64,000 nucleotides of DNA from Candidatus Dormiibacterota bacterium (GCA_963800175.1 CAWCZS010000002.1:2393382-2457381), one strand, 5' to 3'. Shown: positions 50,764-62,847, counted from the stretch's first letter. Translations and numbers: made by a program. The notes: generated by a model not told the origin, from the letters alone.

Positions 50764-52684
50764 ATGATGCGTCTGAGCAAGGTTGTGATGGCCGCGGCGT
50801 TGCCGCTGGCAGGGGCAATGGCGGTACTCCCGGGGACAGTCGCGGCGGCGCCGGCGGTGCTCGCGGCGCCGACCTACTCGAGCACCCTGGTCGGACCCGG
50901 GCAGGCGACCATGTATCCGGTCGACGTCAGCCAGGACACCCAGTACTACTTCGTCCTCGACGCCGGCAACTACCGGGTGGTCGCAGTCAACCGGACCACT
51001 GGCAACATCGACTGCCAGATCGGCGGCCTCCAGGGCAACGGCCCCGGCCAGTTCGGGGACGCCCGGGCCCTCGACTACAACTTCGTCCACAACGAGCTCT
51101 ACGTCGCCGACACCCCCAACAACCGGGTCGAGGTCTTCTCCTTCTCTGCCAGCCTCTGCGCCTCGAATTCATCGAGCGCCTTCACCTTCCTCTCTCAGTT
51201 CGGCACCAAGGGCAGCGGCCCGGGCGAGTTCAACCAGGTGTACGGGGTCGCCGTCGACGCGGTCAACGGCTGGGTCTACGCGGTCAACGGGGCAGGCTGG
51301 GTGCAGAAGTGGACGCTGACCACCTCGAGCACGCCGAGCACGTACATCACCGAGTTCAACGGCGCCGGGCTCAACGAGCCCCGCCAGGTCACCGTGGCGC
51401 CCAACAGCGACGTCCTTGTCATGAACGCTCGCGACCACGAGTGCGACGTCTTCAACACTGCCGGAACCCTGCTCTTCACCTTCGGCAGCGAGGGCACAGG
51501 CCCCGGGCAGTTCACCGATGACCCGCGTGGGGTGTCGGTGAGCGAGAACGGCAGCCTGGTCTTCGTCACCGATTCGGGGGGCAAGCGGGTGGAGGTCTTC
51601 ACCCTTCAGACCAACGGGACCAACTACACGGGCGCAACCTTCGCGTACACCATCGCCTCAGGGACGGGCGCCGGCCAGTTCGTCGGCCCGCGCGGGCTCA
51701 CCACCACGTCCGACAACCACCTCCTGCTCACCGATGAGTGGGGCTTCTCGCTCCACGAGCTGAGCTTCACGTCGACCGGGGCGACCCAGACCCGCAACCT
51801 CTTCGGGACCGGTCCGACGCTCCCCGGGGTGGACTCGCCCCGCGGCCTCCAGATCGCCGCCAACGGGCAGATCTACATCGTCGACTACTGGGATCAGCGC
51901 ATCGAGTACATGAACCCCAACGGGACTGACGCCGCCGCCTTCGGCTTCCGGGGCAACCCCTCGCAGAAGGGAGCGATCAACTTCGCCTGGTCGGCCGCCA
52001 TCCAGCCTGGCACCGGCGACGTCTTCGTGGCCAACAGAGAGAGCAACCAGGTCGAGGTCTTCTCGGCCACCGGGACCTCGCTGCTCATCTTCGGCAAGCT
52101 CGGCACCGCGAACGGGGACTTCAACTTCCCCCAGGGGATCGCCTTCGATCCCACCAACGGGACCCTGCTCGTCGATGACTCCGGCAACGACCGCATCGAG
52201 CGCTTCACGATGTCGGCCGGCGACACCAGCGCCACCTGGGATGCCACCTACGGGAGCAAGGGCATGGGCAGCACCGCCCCCGCCGGCGAGCTCAACAACC
52301 CGACCGGGATCGCGGTCGCCTCGGACGGCACCATCTGGGTCGCGGACACCGTCAACAACCGCATCCAGAGCATGTCCACGTCGGGCACCTGGACCGTCTT
52401 CAAGACCACCACCGGCACCGGCCATCAGACCGGCTTCAAGGTGCCCTGGGGCGTGACCGTCGCTCCCGACGGGAGCATCTGGGTCGCCGACACCGGCAAC
52501 AACCGGATCGTCTCCATGAGCACCACCGGAGCGCTCAACTTCAGCGCCACCGAGGCGAGCATGGGTATCCCTTCGGTTCCGGACGAACTCGGTCATCTAC
52601 CCCTTCGCCATCGCCTTCAGCGGCGACACCGTGTATCTCTCCGACATCTGGAACAACCGCGTCCTGGTCTTGACGACCAGCTAG
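50764..52684 (+). CDS. Secreted NHL-repeat beta-propeller protein 1; apparent frameshift near 52580
   Basis: Signal peptide MMRLSKVVMAAALPLAGAMAVLPG. Many NHL units are present (G.GPGQF..P.G(V/I)AVD..G..YV(A/T)D..N.R(V/I)..F). After ASMGIP the last blade (NSVIYPFAIAFSGDTVYLSDIWNNRVLVLTTS, stop 52682-52684) lies in another frame. Confidence 0.8.
50851..51882 (+). repeat. Copy A of a ~1 kb near-identical dispersed duplication (within NHL-1)
   Basis: Aligns by eye with 62968-64000 (offset about 12.1 kb) with only scattered substitutions and a few short divergent patches. Confidence 0.8.
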
Positions 52685-52709
52685 CTTGGGAGTTGGGAGG
52701 CTTCTTGGC

Positions 52710-54645
52710 ATGACACACACAAGCGGTCACCGGCAGCGGCGGATCGTCGCCGCGTCGGTCGCATGCACTGCACTGGCCATCACCATCGCGGCCGGCGCTG
52801 ACCAGGCACATGCAGCGCCCGCGCGTGCATCGGCCGCGTCCAGCGCGCCGACCTACGTCAAGACCATCGGTCACGTGGGCGACGCGTTCGTCTACCCCTG
52901 GGGCATGGCGACAGAGCCTGCGCTCGGCGGGCCGTGGGACGGCGACATCCTGGTCGGCGACTACAACAACTACAACATCAAGGTCTTCCAGCCCAACGGC
53001 ACCTACGTGACGAGCTTCGGGAGCAAGGGCTCCGCGCTCGGGGCAGATGGGGCAGCCGTACGGCCTCGCCGTCGACCCCAACGACGGATCAATCTACGTC
53101 GCAGACCTGAACAATCAGCGTGTCGAGAAGTTCAGCAGCGCCGGCGTGCCCGAGTACGTCATCACGCCACCGCACCTCTTCTACGCTCCGTTCATCGCCG
53201 TCAACCACGAGGGTGACGTCTTCATCGTGCAGTCGTCAGGCCTGAGCCACACCGCGCCGAACATCATCCTCGAGTACGACGACCTCGGAAACTACATCAC
53301 CACGTTCGGCACCAACGGAACCAGTTGCAGCGCCGGACAGTTCGGGCTCATCCGCGGTGTCGCCGTCGATGCGCTGGACAACCTCTACGTCGACGATGTC
53401 GGCAACCGCTGCATCCAGGTGTTCAACACGTCGAATCCGCTGGCGTGGACCGTCGTGGACAGCTTTGGCAAGAAGTCGCAACTGAGCGGCAATACGCGTG
53501 GAATGACCATCGACGCGACCAATGGATACGTGTACGTCGCCGATGCGGCGAAGCAGGTCGTCGACGTCTTCACCACGTGGAACGGGGTCTCAGGCGGTAC
53601 CTACGTGGGGAAGATCGGGACGCCGGGGACTGATCCCGGTCAGCTCGAAGGGCCAAGAGGGGTCGCGGTCGGCCTCGACGGCACGGTCTACGTCTCCGAC
53701 TACACGCAGTGGACCGTTGACGCCTACGCATCACCGACGAGCGCCACGCGGTGGTCGTATCTCTTCTCGGCGCCGAACCCTGCGGTGGCGCCCCCTCCCG
53801 GCGGCTTCAACAATCCCACCTCGGTCGCGGTGTCGACCCACGCCGGCACCTCGGGTGATGTCTACGTCGCGGACACCTTCAACATGCGCATCCAGCAGTT
53901 CTTGAACAATGGAACGTTTGCGACCATGTGGGGAAGCCGGCTGCCCCAACTCAATGGGGACTACGCGCTCGACTACCCGCGTGGCGTCGCCGTCGACCCT
54001 GCCACCGGCAACGTCTGGGTCAATGACACACGCTCCGGCTACATCAAGGAATACACATCGAGCGGCACGTTCATCAGCGAGTTCGGTGGACAGGGACAGG
54101 CGAACGGTCAGTTCTTCTACTCGAGCGGCATCGCGGTCGGCCTGACCGGGGACATCTACGTCACGGATACCGACAACGACCGTCTGCAGGTGCTCACCCA
54201 GGCGGGGCACGAGGTCGCCGGATTCCCGGTGCCCTGCGGCACCGGCTTCAGCGCGGGCGGCGCTGCAGGGTGCACCGGCGTTACGGTTGACTCGGCAGGG
54301 AACATCTACGCCGCCGCGCCGGAGAAGGGCGTCGTCTACGTCTTCAACTCCACGGGCACGCTCATCGGCACGATCGGAGCCACCGCACCCGGGGGAAGCC
54401 TCGGCCAGCCGTGGGACGTCGCGCTCGCGGGAACGACGCTGTATGTGACCGAGGCGAGCAACAACCGGGTCAGCGAATTCAACGTCGCCAGTGTGGCCGG
54501 CCCGTACCCCTACCTCGGCAACTTCGGCAGCGCGGGCACCGGCAACGGCAAGTTCAACCGCCCGCTTGGCATCGCCGTCGATGCCGCTGGCAACATCTAC
54601 GTGGTGGATTACGGCAACTCGCGCATCGAGGAATTCGCACCCTGA
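52710..54645 (+). CDS. Secreted NHL-repeat protein 2; apparent frameshift near 53040
   Basis: ATG at 52710 follows GGGAGG. The N-terminus (APTYVKTIGHVGDAFVYPWGMA...NIKVFQPNGTYVTSFGSKGSALG) joins ORF 53047-54645 (QPYGLAVDPNDGSIYVADLNNQRVEKF...) after a 1-nt change in a G-run. It is a paralog of the 58314-60413 gene. Confidence 0.8.
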
Positions 54646-54893
54646 TCCGCCGGGCGTTCGCGACCTGCTGAGCGCCGGCGTCCCTTCCAACTCCGCAACG
54701 TCGATCACCGCACCGGGTGCGATGTGCGATCAAAGCCGCAGGTCATCGCGGAAGTCACCGCTCGGTTAGCTGTCGGTGACGGGACGGCGTATAGCGACGG
54801 GTTGGCAACCGGAACGCGACAACGGCCTCTCAGAGTGAGCTCCAGATTCGCTCACTCGGAAGGAAGGCTCAATGGTCAACCCATCTCGAACTC

Positions 54894-56054
54894 GTGCTCC
54901 TCGGCGTCGTCACGGCGGCCGCGATCGTCATCATCGCGGGTCCCGCCGTCGGCGTGATTGGGATGCCGTCAAGCACGCAGGACGCGGCTCATGTTGCTCC
55001 GTCCTCGGCTCCGTCGCACAAGTCGAGCCCCGCCGCACGTCACTCCAAACCAACGTCGAAGCCGACTTCCGGGTCGATCGCCGGCGGTAATGTGGTGGTC
55101 GGGTTGAAGCCGCCACCGACGGGGATGCTGTACTTGCAGGGTCGGCCTCCGGCAAATGGCCGGGCGGCGCTCGGGGGTTATGACGTCCAGGGTCGTGGTG
55201 ACTACGGCGGTGTCTCCTGGGCGGAGCTCCAGGCCACCCCGGGCGGTCCGATCACCGCCAACAATCCCATCGATCAGGCCATCACCGATGTCCGCGCCTG
55301 GAATGCCCAGAACCCCACCCATCGCGAATCCCTCCTCGTCCGCATCGAGGCCGGCATCCATTCCCCCGCCTGGGCCATGAACCTCGGCGGTCCCTGCGTC
55401 GAGGTCACCGATCCCAACTTCGGCACCTCCGGCTGCACCCCGCGCTTCTGGACCCCCCAGTTCGGCACCGCCTTCTATCAGTTCGAGGCGGAGCTCGCCG
55501 CCAAGTACGACAGCGTCCCCGAGATCGGCGAGGTCATCATCGCCCGCGACATGACCATCTACAACGAGCCCCTGCTCCGCCAGATCCAGAGCCCCGCCAG
55601 CGTTGCCGGCCTGCTCGCCGCCGGCTACACCACCGCTCTCGATGAGCAGAACCAGATGGCCGACATCGCCGCCCTCGGCACCTACTGGAAGCACACCCAC
55701 GTCGGCTTCACCTTCAACCCCTACCAGACCGTCAACCCGGTCGGGCAGGACGAAGCCTTCACCGTGCAGCTCATGACCTACGGGCGCGAGGTGCTCGGCT
55801 CCCGGCTGGTGCTCGACAACGACAGCCTCCGGGTCTCGTTCCTCCACAGCGGAGCCTACGGAACCATGTACGCCTCGATGCAACAGCTCGGTGGGCCGAT
55901 TGGATTTCAGACCGCCGTGCTGAGCAAGGACGGCAGCCTCGAAGGGACCGTGCAAGGGGCAAGCTCCATGGGTGCCGACTACGTCGAGCTGCCGCCGGGC
56001 TTCCCTGTCGGGCAGGTGCCGATGCTGACAAGGGTGCTCGACCGCGCGAACTAG
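54894..56054 (+). CDS. Secreted glycoside-hydrolase-like (function unknown) protein, intact paralog of 47899-49032
   Basis: 386-aa ORF with an N-terminal TM/signal segment, a Ser/Pro linker and a conserved domain. An ATG at 54872 with a GGAAGGAAGG site lies in another frame, so the true N-terminus may also be affected by an indel. Confidence 0.65.
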   Translation: MLLGVVTAAAIVIIAGPAVGVIGMPSSTQDAAHVAPSSAPSHKSSPAARHSKPTSKPTSGSIAGGNVVVGLKPPPTGMLYLQGRPPANGRAALGGYDVQGRGDYGGVSWAELQATPGGPITANNPIDQAITDVRAWNAQNPTHRESLLVRIEAGIHSPAWAMNLGGPCVEVTDPNFGTSGCTPRFWTPQFGTAFYQFEAELAAKYDSVPEIGEVIIARDMTIYNEPLLRQIQSPASVAGLLAAGYTTALDEQNQMADIAALGTYWKHTHVGFTFNPYQTVNPVGQDEAFTVQLMTYGREVLGSRLVLDNDSLRVSFLHSGAYGTMYASMQQLGGPIGFQTAVLSKDGSLEGTVQGASSMGADYVELPPGFPVGQVPMLTRVLDRAN

Positions 56055-56144
56055 CCAACAACTGGCGCCGAGGCGACGCAAGACCCTGCCCCGCGGGCGG
56101 ATCGCTGGCACGGAGATGCTCAGCGCCGCTCGCGGGTCGGGCCA

Positions 56145-58134
56145 CTACGCAACGGTCAGCGTGTACACCAGGATGCGGTCGTTGTACGTGTCGGCGATAT
56201 AGAGCTTTCCGTTCGGTCCGAATGCAACATTCTCGGGATTGAACAGAGCGGTCGGCCCGCCACCGGTGACGTCGCTGCCGTTGATGGTTGCGGCAGAGGT
56301 GCCGTCAGAACTCGTTGATGATATCGACGAGATTGCTCGTGCGATTGGCGACGGCGAGCAACCCGTGTCCGTTGGATGCGACGCCGTAGGGCTCGTCGAA
56401 TCCCCCGGTAAACGTCTTGACGATCGAGGTGACGTGCCCGGCACTCACCTTCAGCTCGACGACACGATTGTTCCCGCTATCCGCAACAAAGAGATTGCCG
56501 GTGGTGGGATCGATGCCGACGCCGGCTGGAGTGGAGAACTCACCGCTGCCCGAGCCCTTGGTGCCGTAAACGCTCACTGCGGCATGGGTGCTGAGGTTCC
56601 AGGATTCGACGCGATCATTCCGCGTGTCGGCGATCCACGCGTAGCCGTTGCCGATCGTGATCGAGTACGGATAGTCGTCATCGCCGAGGGCGGTACCCAC
56701 GACGCCGAACTCCGCTATGCCGTTGCATCCTGAGAAGCTCGGTGAGCTGATCGGCTGCAGGATCTGCAGGTCGCTCTGCTTGGTGTCGGCGATCCAGTAG
56801 TCGCCCGTCGACGGATCCACCGCCACGCCGCGTGGCCAGTTGAAATCGCCGGTGCTGGTGAAGCCGCGCTGGCCGCAATTGTTGATGAGAGTCCCCGCGG
56901 ACGTGAAGACATCCACCCGCTGGTTCACCGTGTCCATCGCGACGATGTCACCGGACGCATCGAAGGAAATCCCGCGAACTTCGTTGAACACCGATGTGCT
57001 GGTATCGCCGGGCGGAACGATCGGATTCGGAATCGTCTGGTGGTACGTGTATCCGCCCGACGTGCGGAGGAACTCCTCGACGCGGTAGCCCCAGAGGTCG
57101 GCTCCCCAGACGTTGCCGTTGGAGTCCACGGCCACGCGGCGCAGCTGCGTGAAGGTGCCCGGCTGGCTGTCTGTTCCGGCGCTGCCCATCTGCGCCACGT
57201 ATGTACCCGTGGGGGTGAACTCCTGGATGCGGTCGTTGTTGGAGTCCGCCACGTAGATCGCTTCACCGGGTTTGCCGCTGTTGATGAACGGGTCGGTGCC
57301 GATCGCGACGCCGTAGGGGTTCATGAACTGCCCGGTGGCCGAGCCCTTCTTGCCCCAGCTGCGGATGCAGGTGCCGGTCGACGAGAACTCGAGGATGTTG
57401 TTGCTCTCGTAGTTGGCGACGTACACGTTCCCCGACGCGTCCGCGGCTGCATCGCGCATCCGGTTGAGCGTGCAGGCGCCGCTCGAGGAGATCGTGCGCA
57501 CCACCGATCCCGAGGTGCTGAACACGATCACCTGGCTCTTGGTGCCGTTGGCGACATACACCAACTGGCTACCAACTGGCGCGCCGGTGGGACTCACCGT
57601 GACACCGATCGGCGCGCCGCCGCCCGGCATCTTGAACGGCGCCGTCATGCATTTGCCGTTGGTCCCGTTGAGCTTCACGATGCGCCCGTTGCCGTTGTCG
57701 GCGACGTAGATGTTGCCGGCCGTGTCGACGCCGACATCCCGAGGCTGTTCGAACTGCGGAAACCCCGCGGGATTGGCGCCGCACGGCGCCGCACTGCCTT
57801 CGGAGCCGATCCGCCACACGAGCGTCCCAGTCGAGGTGTACTCGGCGATCTGATCATTACCGGTGTCAGCTATGACGATGTTGCCGTTCGGCGCAACCTC
57901 CATGCCGGACGGGTACATCGCAGCGTGTCCCGGTCCGCCGACAGTTGCCGAGTATGCCGCGGTCACAGCCGGATCGACCGGCCGGGCAGCTATCACGGTC
58001 GTACTGGCCACCAATGCCGACACGGACAGGGCCGCACCCAGCATGACTCGCACATGCGTCCCGGTAATGGGCCGGGGCAAGCGATACCTTCCTGCGCTCA
58101 TTTTCACCGAGCCCGTCTCCAGGCTCCCCCCCAC
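56145..58134 (-). CDS. Secreted NHL-repeat protein 3; apparent frameshift near 56305; start uncertain
   Basis: 609-aa ORF with NHL units (NIYVADNGNGRIVKL, AIYVADSNNDRIQEF, LFVADSGNNRVVEL). The final blade (GGPTALFNPENVAFGPNGKLYIADTYNDRILVY) lies in the frame of ORF 56145-56444. Candidate starts are 58134, 58107 and 58101. Confidence 0.8.
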
Positions 58135-58313
58135 TTGTTAACGAATTGATAGCAATGCTAACAGGCTACTGATGGGTGGGTTCTGAGAGGTCCGGACGGT
58201 CACTGCGCGCCGGTGTCTCGGCAGGCGATGACGTGGACGCGGCGCGCCGCACATGCCCGAAGGGCCTGCGCAACGCGCCGCATGGATACGCCGATAACGC
58301 TCGACGTTGGCGT

Positions 58314-60413
58314 TCACACGGCCGGCGGAGTGAACACCTCGATTCGACCGTTGCCGTAGTCGTCGACGTAGACGTTGCCGGCGCCGTCGGTTGCGATCCC
58401 GAGCGGGCGGTTGAGCTGACCGTTGCCTGCGCCTTTGGTACCCCAGCTCCCGAGGTACACCGGGGCGGCTGGAGTGGTGATGTCGAATGCGCTCACCGAG
58501 TTCTTTGTCGACTGAGTGACGTACAAGGTGTTGCCGCTGATGGCGACGCCATAGGGGCCGCCAAGTTTGCCGGACGGTAGGCCGATCTGAATGGGAGACA
58601 TGCTGTAGGTGGGCGGCGTGGTGCCAAGGTTGTACTGGAATTCGTCGACCACGCCATCATTGAAGTCAGCGGCATAGATGTTGCCTGCCGCGTCAACCGC
58701 GGACCCAGTGCAGCCGTTGAACACATCGGGCTCGACCAGGATGCCGCACGGGAACTCGGCAACCGTCTGGTAGTCCCCGGTGCCGGTCACATCCTGCATG
58801 ACCTGGAAATATCCGATACCGCTGTCAGGGATGTAGAGCGTGGTTGGGTTCAGGAAGTTGAGCGTGTCGCCGGGAGGTCCAGCCGCCGCGGTGATGCCGT
58901 CCGAGTAGAAAAACTGCCCGGGGTCGATCCCCTCGCCACCGAAGTCCTCGTCAAAGGTCACCGTCGGGGCGCTCGGGGGACTGTTGGTGGTCGTGTACTC
59001 CTTGATGTAGCCCGAACGGGTGTCAGACACCCACACGTTGCCGGTGTTCGGGTCGATCGCCACACCCCGCGGGTAATCCAGCGAGAACGGACCGTCGAGC
59101 GTCGGCAGGCGGCTGCCCCACTGCTGCATCGGGCTGCCGGGGGTACCGGTGGTGCTGGCGGGACCGTTGAATTCCTGGATGCGCTGGTTGAACGTGTCCG
59201 CGACGTAGACGATCGAACCGTCCTGCGATACCGCGACACCGTTGGCCGAAGTCAGCTCCCCGAGCGGGGCCGGCTGCGACGGATCCGGGATTTGATTGAT
59301 CCATGTGCCGGCACCGTCGGCGGTGTCGAAGAGCGGATGAAATGCGTCGATGAGCCAGCAGGCGTAGTCGCTGACATACACGGTGCCATCCGGTCCGACC
59401 GCGATGTCTCGTGGCGCGTCGAGCTCGCCGTTGCCGCCGCACGATGACCCCACGCTGAGCCCCGGCGTGCCGATGGTCCCAGCCCATGTCCCAGACGCGA
59501 GCTTGTGCGTCGTCGAGTTCAGGGTGTAGTTGTAGGCGACGACATCTTCCTTGGCAGCGTCAGCGATGTACACGACATCGTTGGTCTTGTCGAGCTTCAA
59601 CCCACGGGTGTTGGCGCTCAGCTGCGCCCGTGTGCCGAAGGAGCCCTCGAAGACCCCGGTGCTGGTGAAGACCTGGATGCAGTGGTTGCTGACGTCGTTC
59701 ACGAAAACGTTGCCGTAGTTGTCGACGTCGATGCCGCGGATGACACCGAATTGACCCTTCGAGCAGTTGGTGCCGTTCTTTCCGAACTGACCCATGGAGA
59801 CGCCGCTCGAGTTGTACATGAGCACGATGTTCGCGCCCGACTTGTTCAGACCGGTGGACTGGACCAGATACACCTCGCCCGTTGCGCTGATGCCGATGAA
59901 CGGCGCGTAGTACGCCACCGGATTGGTCACCTGGAACATGAACTGGCCCTGGTTGTTGAACTGCGCGTAGCCATAGCCGTTGAAGGCGAATGCAACCACG
60001 AAGTTGCCGTTCGTCGGGTTCACGGCAATCTCCGACGGTTGCTCCGAGAACTGTCCCGGCTTCTTGCCTTTGGAACCGTACGTCGCCATGTACGCGCCGT
60101 CAGAGCCGAAACGTTTGACGTCGTAGTTGTTGTAGTCGTTGACCAGCAACGACCCGGGCTCGGTGCCGGTCGAATCGCTGACCGTCGGGTCCCACGCCAT
60201 TCCGAATGGATAGACGAAGGCCCCGCCTGCCGACCCGATGCTCATGCTGTACGTCGGCGCGGTGAATGCCGGCGCTGCATGCACGGACGCGGTCGCCCCG
60301 GCCATGGCAGCAGCGATGGCCGTCACGGCGGCGACGCCGCACGACGCAACCCGAGGGATCCGCGATCTCTTCGACCTGCGTGCACCCAATTCGGGTGCAG
60401 TTCCCACTCCCAT
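58314..60413 (-). CDS. Secreted NHL-repeat protein 4
   Basis: Intact ORF with the internal ATG at 60413 (MGVGTAPELGARRSKRSRIPRVASCGVAAVTAIAAAMAGATASVHA). The NHL units end with NRPLGIATDGAGNVYVDDYGNGRIEVF. Confidence 0.85.
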   Translation of the reverse strand: MGVGTAPELGARRSKRSRIPRVASCGVAAVTAIAAAMAGATASVHAAPAFTAPTYSMSIGSAGGAFVYPFGMAWDPTVSDSTGTEPGSLLVNDYNNYDVKRFGSDGAYMATYGSKGKKPGQFSEQPSEIAVNPTNGNFVVAFAFNGYGYAQFNNQGQFMFQVTNPVAYYAPFIGISATGEVYLVQSTGLNKSGANIVLMYNSSGVSMGQFGKNGTNCSKGQFGVIRGIDVDNYGNVFVNDVSNHCIQVFTSTGVFEGSFGTRAQLSANTRGLKLDKTNDVVYIADAAKEDVVAYNYTLNSTTHKLASGTWAGTIGTPGLSVGSSCGGNGELDAPRDIAVGPDGTVYVSDYACWLIDAFHPLFDTADGAGTWINQIPDPSQPAPLGELTSANGVAVSQDGSIVYVADTFNQRIQEFNGPASTTGTPGSPMQQWGSRLPTLDGPFSLDYPRGVAIDPNTGNVWVSDTRSGYIKEYTTTNSPPSAPTVTFDEDFGGEGIDPGQFFYSDGITAAAGPPGDTLNFLNPTTLYIPDSGIGYFQVMQDVTGTGDYQTVAEFPCGILVEPDVFNGCTGSAVDAAGNIYAADFNDGVVDEFQYNLGTTPPTYSMSPIQIGLPSGKLGGPYGVAISGNTLYVTQSTKNSVSAFDITTPAAPVYLGSWGTKGAGNGQLNRPLGIATDGAGNVYVDDYGNGRIEVFTPPAV

Positions 60414-60772
60414 GGTTACCCCTCTCTCTGCCGCGATACTGCCCCCTGACCAGAGTTGCCGGAAGGAGGACAACAGCCTTCCTCAAAGGGACTCAGCCAG
60501 ATACCCATCCCATGTTAGCGCGTGCGCGGGCGCATGTCGAATCCCACCGATCCGCCCGAACGCGCCACAAACCCCCGAACGACGACGCTCGGCGCGTTTG
60601 GAGTCCTACGCGCAGGATTGTGGCCATCTCTGGCACGTACTGCTTGTCATTCCCGCACCGATGTCGTAGGGTTGCGGCCGTGGTGGGGTGTTCATTCAAG
60701 AAGGGAAGGCGATCATGCGCTCGGCAGGGACTGCGCTGAGGTCGAACCTGCGACATTGCGAACGGCGCGCTC

Positions 60773-62675
60773 GTGTGCACTGACGACGAACCTCCGCGGC
60801 TGCCGAAAGTCAATCGACGCCGCTTCCTCGGGTACGCCGCAGGAGTCGCCGCGATGGCGGCGGTCCGCGCGGAATGGCCGCGTCCTGTAGCTGCTGCGGG
60901 CCCCACAGTTGTCGGCGCCGACGGCAGCGTGCAGGTCGGAATGGCGATGCACATCCACTCATCATTCAGCGAGCAGTACGCGTCGATGGATGCGCATCTC
61001 TTGCAGGCGCAGGCGAACGCCGTCGACGTCCTCTGGTGGACCGACCACGATTATCGGATGAGCGGTATCGGCTATCGGGACACGGTGCACTTCACGAGCC
61101 TGACTGCCGAGCAGCCCGCTCCCGGAGAGGGACGACCGTGGCAGTGGCAGCTCCAGCGCACGGGTGACCTGACGAAGACGTCCACCGGCGGCATCGTCAC
61201 CAGCCCAAGTTCGCCGCTGGACCCCGTGGTGGGTGGGGAGTCTCGCTGTGTCCGCCGAGAGCAGCAACTCCGCATCCGCGTCGCTGGGGTTCTATGCGCA
61301 GTCACAGTCGTCGGACTGGAACTACCACTGCAGCCTCATCGGCCAGACGCTCGCCATCGAGGTCCTCCCGACTTCGATCGGCGCCGGCGCCTACCTCGAG
61401 ATCCTGATCACGAGCTCCTACCATCCGGCCAACGGTGGGCGCCCGGCTGGGCAGTACTCCATTGCCTACCGGCTCGGAGGGCCGGGTGTCCCAGGAACCA
61501 GCTCCGTCGCCGGCATCCAGGGCGTGGTCAACCTCGCAGCGACTCCTGGCCAGTGGAACTCGGTTTCCATCAGCCCGGCCAACGACATCGCCGTCCTCTG
61601 GCCCGGCATGGATGCGCGCGACTTCGGTCTCTTCGGGATCACGTTGAACGCGGTCTCGACCGGAGCTGTCGCGTCCGGCAACTTCGACTATCTCCGTTTC
61701 TCGCGATCGAGTGGCGAGGTGCAGCTGACAGCGCAGCAGGACATGGAACTGTCATACGGCTCGCTCTATCCGAGTGTGACGCAGCTGCAGGGGCTCGAGA
61801 TCTCCCTGGCGGTGCCGCACGTGAACTGGTATGGCGCCGGCGTCGCGCTGACCGACTACGGCACCGTCACCGCGAAGCAGTACCCAGGGTTTCTCCAGAC
61901 CTCGGTGATCCCGGGGATCCATGCGTCGGGAGGCCTGGTCAGCTTCAACCACCCGTACGGAGCCACAGCACCCCCTGCCTACTCCCAGGCGTTGCAGAAT
62001 CAGAAGATGACAAGCTTGGCAATATCGATGCTGGCCAGCCAGGCCTTGGGTGTGGACATCCTGGAGGTCGGCTACCCGCTGCGCGGAGGCGTCGATCTCC
62101 AGCATCACATCGGACTGTGGGACATCTGCTCACGTAATGCGCTGTTCCTCACCGGCAACGGCGCCAGTGACGACCACGTCGGCACCAACTGGCTGCGATT
62201 CGGGAACAACTGGTTCACCTCCGTCTGGGCTGCCAGCACGGCCGAGGCAGATCTCCTGAGCGCGCTGGCGGCGGGTCGCTCCTGGTGCGCATCGCTCGCC
62301 TGGTTTCGGGGCAGTCTCGACCTGCTGGTGGACGGGGTCGCGCCCATGGGATCCGTGACCGTGTCATCCCTGACCACCCGACAGCTCTCCGTCATGGCCA
62401 CTGACCTTCCGACCAATGGCACCCTCCAGGTCGTCCAGGGTGAGGTGGACTATGCGGGCAGCAGCGCCGCAGTCCCCAACACCGCGGTCATCGCCACGTA
62501 CAGCACCGCTGATCTGAGCAGTGGCAGCGTGACCCTTCCCGTCGACACGACCGAGTTGTCATTCGTCCGGACCCAGGTGATCAACTCTGCGGGCACGATC
62601 GTGGCGCTTTCCAATCCCGCCTGGTTGCTGGGCGAAATGCCACCAAACGGGATACCGGCGCCTCGAGCCTACTGA
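60773..62675 (+). CDS. Tat-exported PHP-domain-like (CehA/McbA-type) metallohydrolase; apparent frameshift near 61235
   Basis: Twin-arginine signal VNRRRFLGYAAGVAAMAAV, then MHIHSSFSEQ...WWTDHDY. After DPVVGG it continues in the frame of ORF 61233-62675 (NHPYG, GASDDH). The indel lies in a G-run. Confidence 0.65.
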
Positions 62676-62805
62676 AGGCAATCGCGAGGAGCCGCGCTGC
62701 GGAAGCCCCTTCAAAGCCGCTTTGCCAGTTCATTCGCGGTTCGGAGCGATCTCAACAAACTGCCCAAACACGCCAGTCGTCTTTTGCTATGATGCCGCCT
62801 GACTG

Positions 62806-62847
62806 AGCCTGAACGGAACGGATTGTCAGCCTGAACCGAACGGATTG
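62806..62847 (+). promoter_or_regulatory. Two 20-nt direct repeats (candidate operator) between a TATGAT -10-like box and the NHL-5 start
   Basis: agcctgaacggaacggattg (62806-62825) and agcctgaaccgaacggattg (62828-62847), one mismatch, 22-nt register. TGCTATGAT lies at 62785-62793. Confidence 0.3.

Noticed and set aside
4520-62675. Programmed ribosomal frameshifting as the explanation for the frame changes
   Set aside because: I saw no recurring slippery heptamer or downstream structure at the sites. The affected genes are unrelated families that are single-frame elsewhere. Indel error or pseudogenisation is far more likely.
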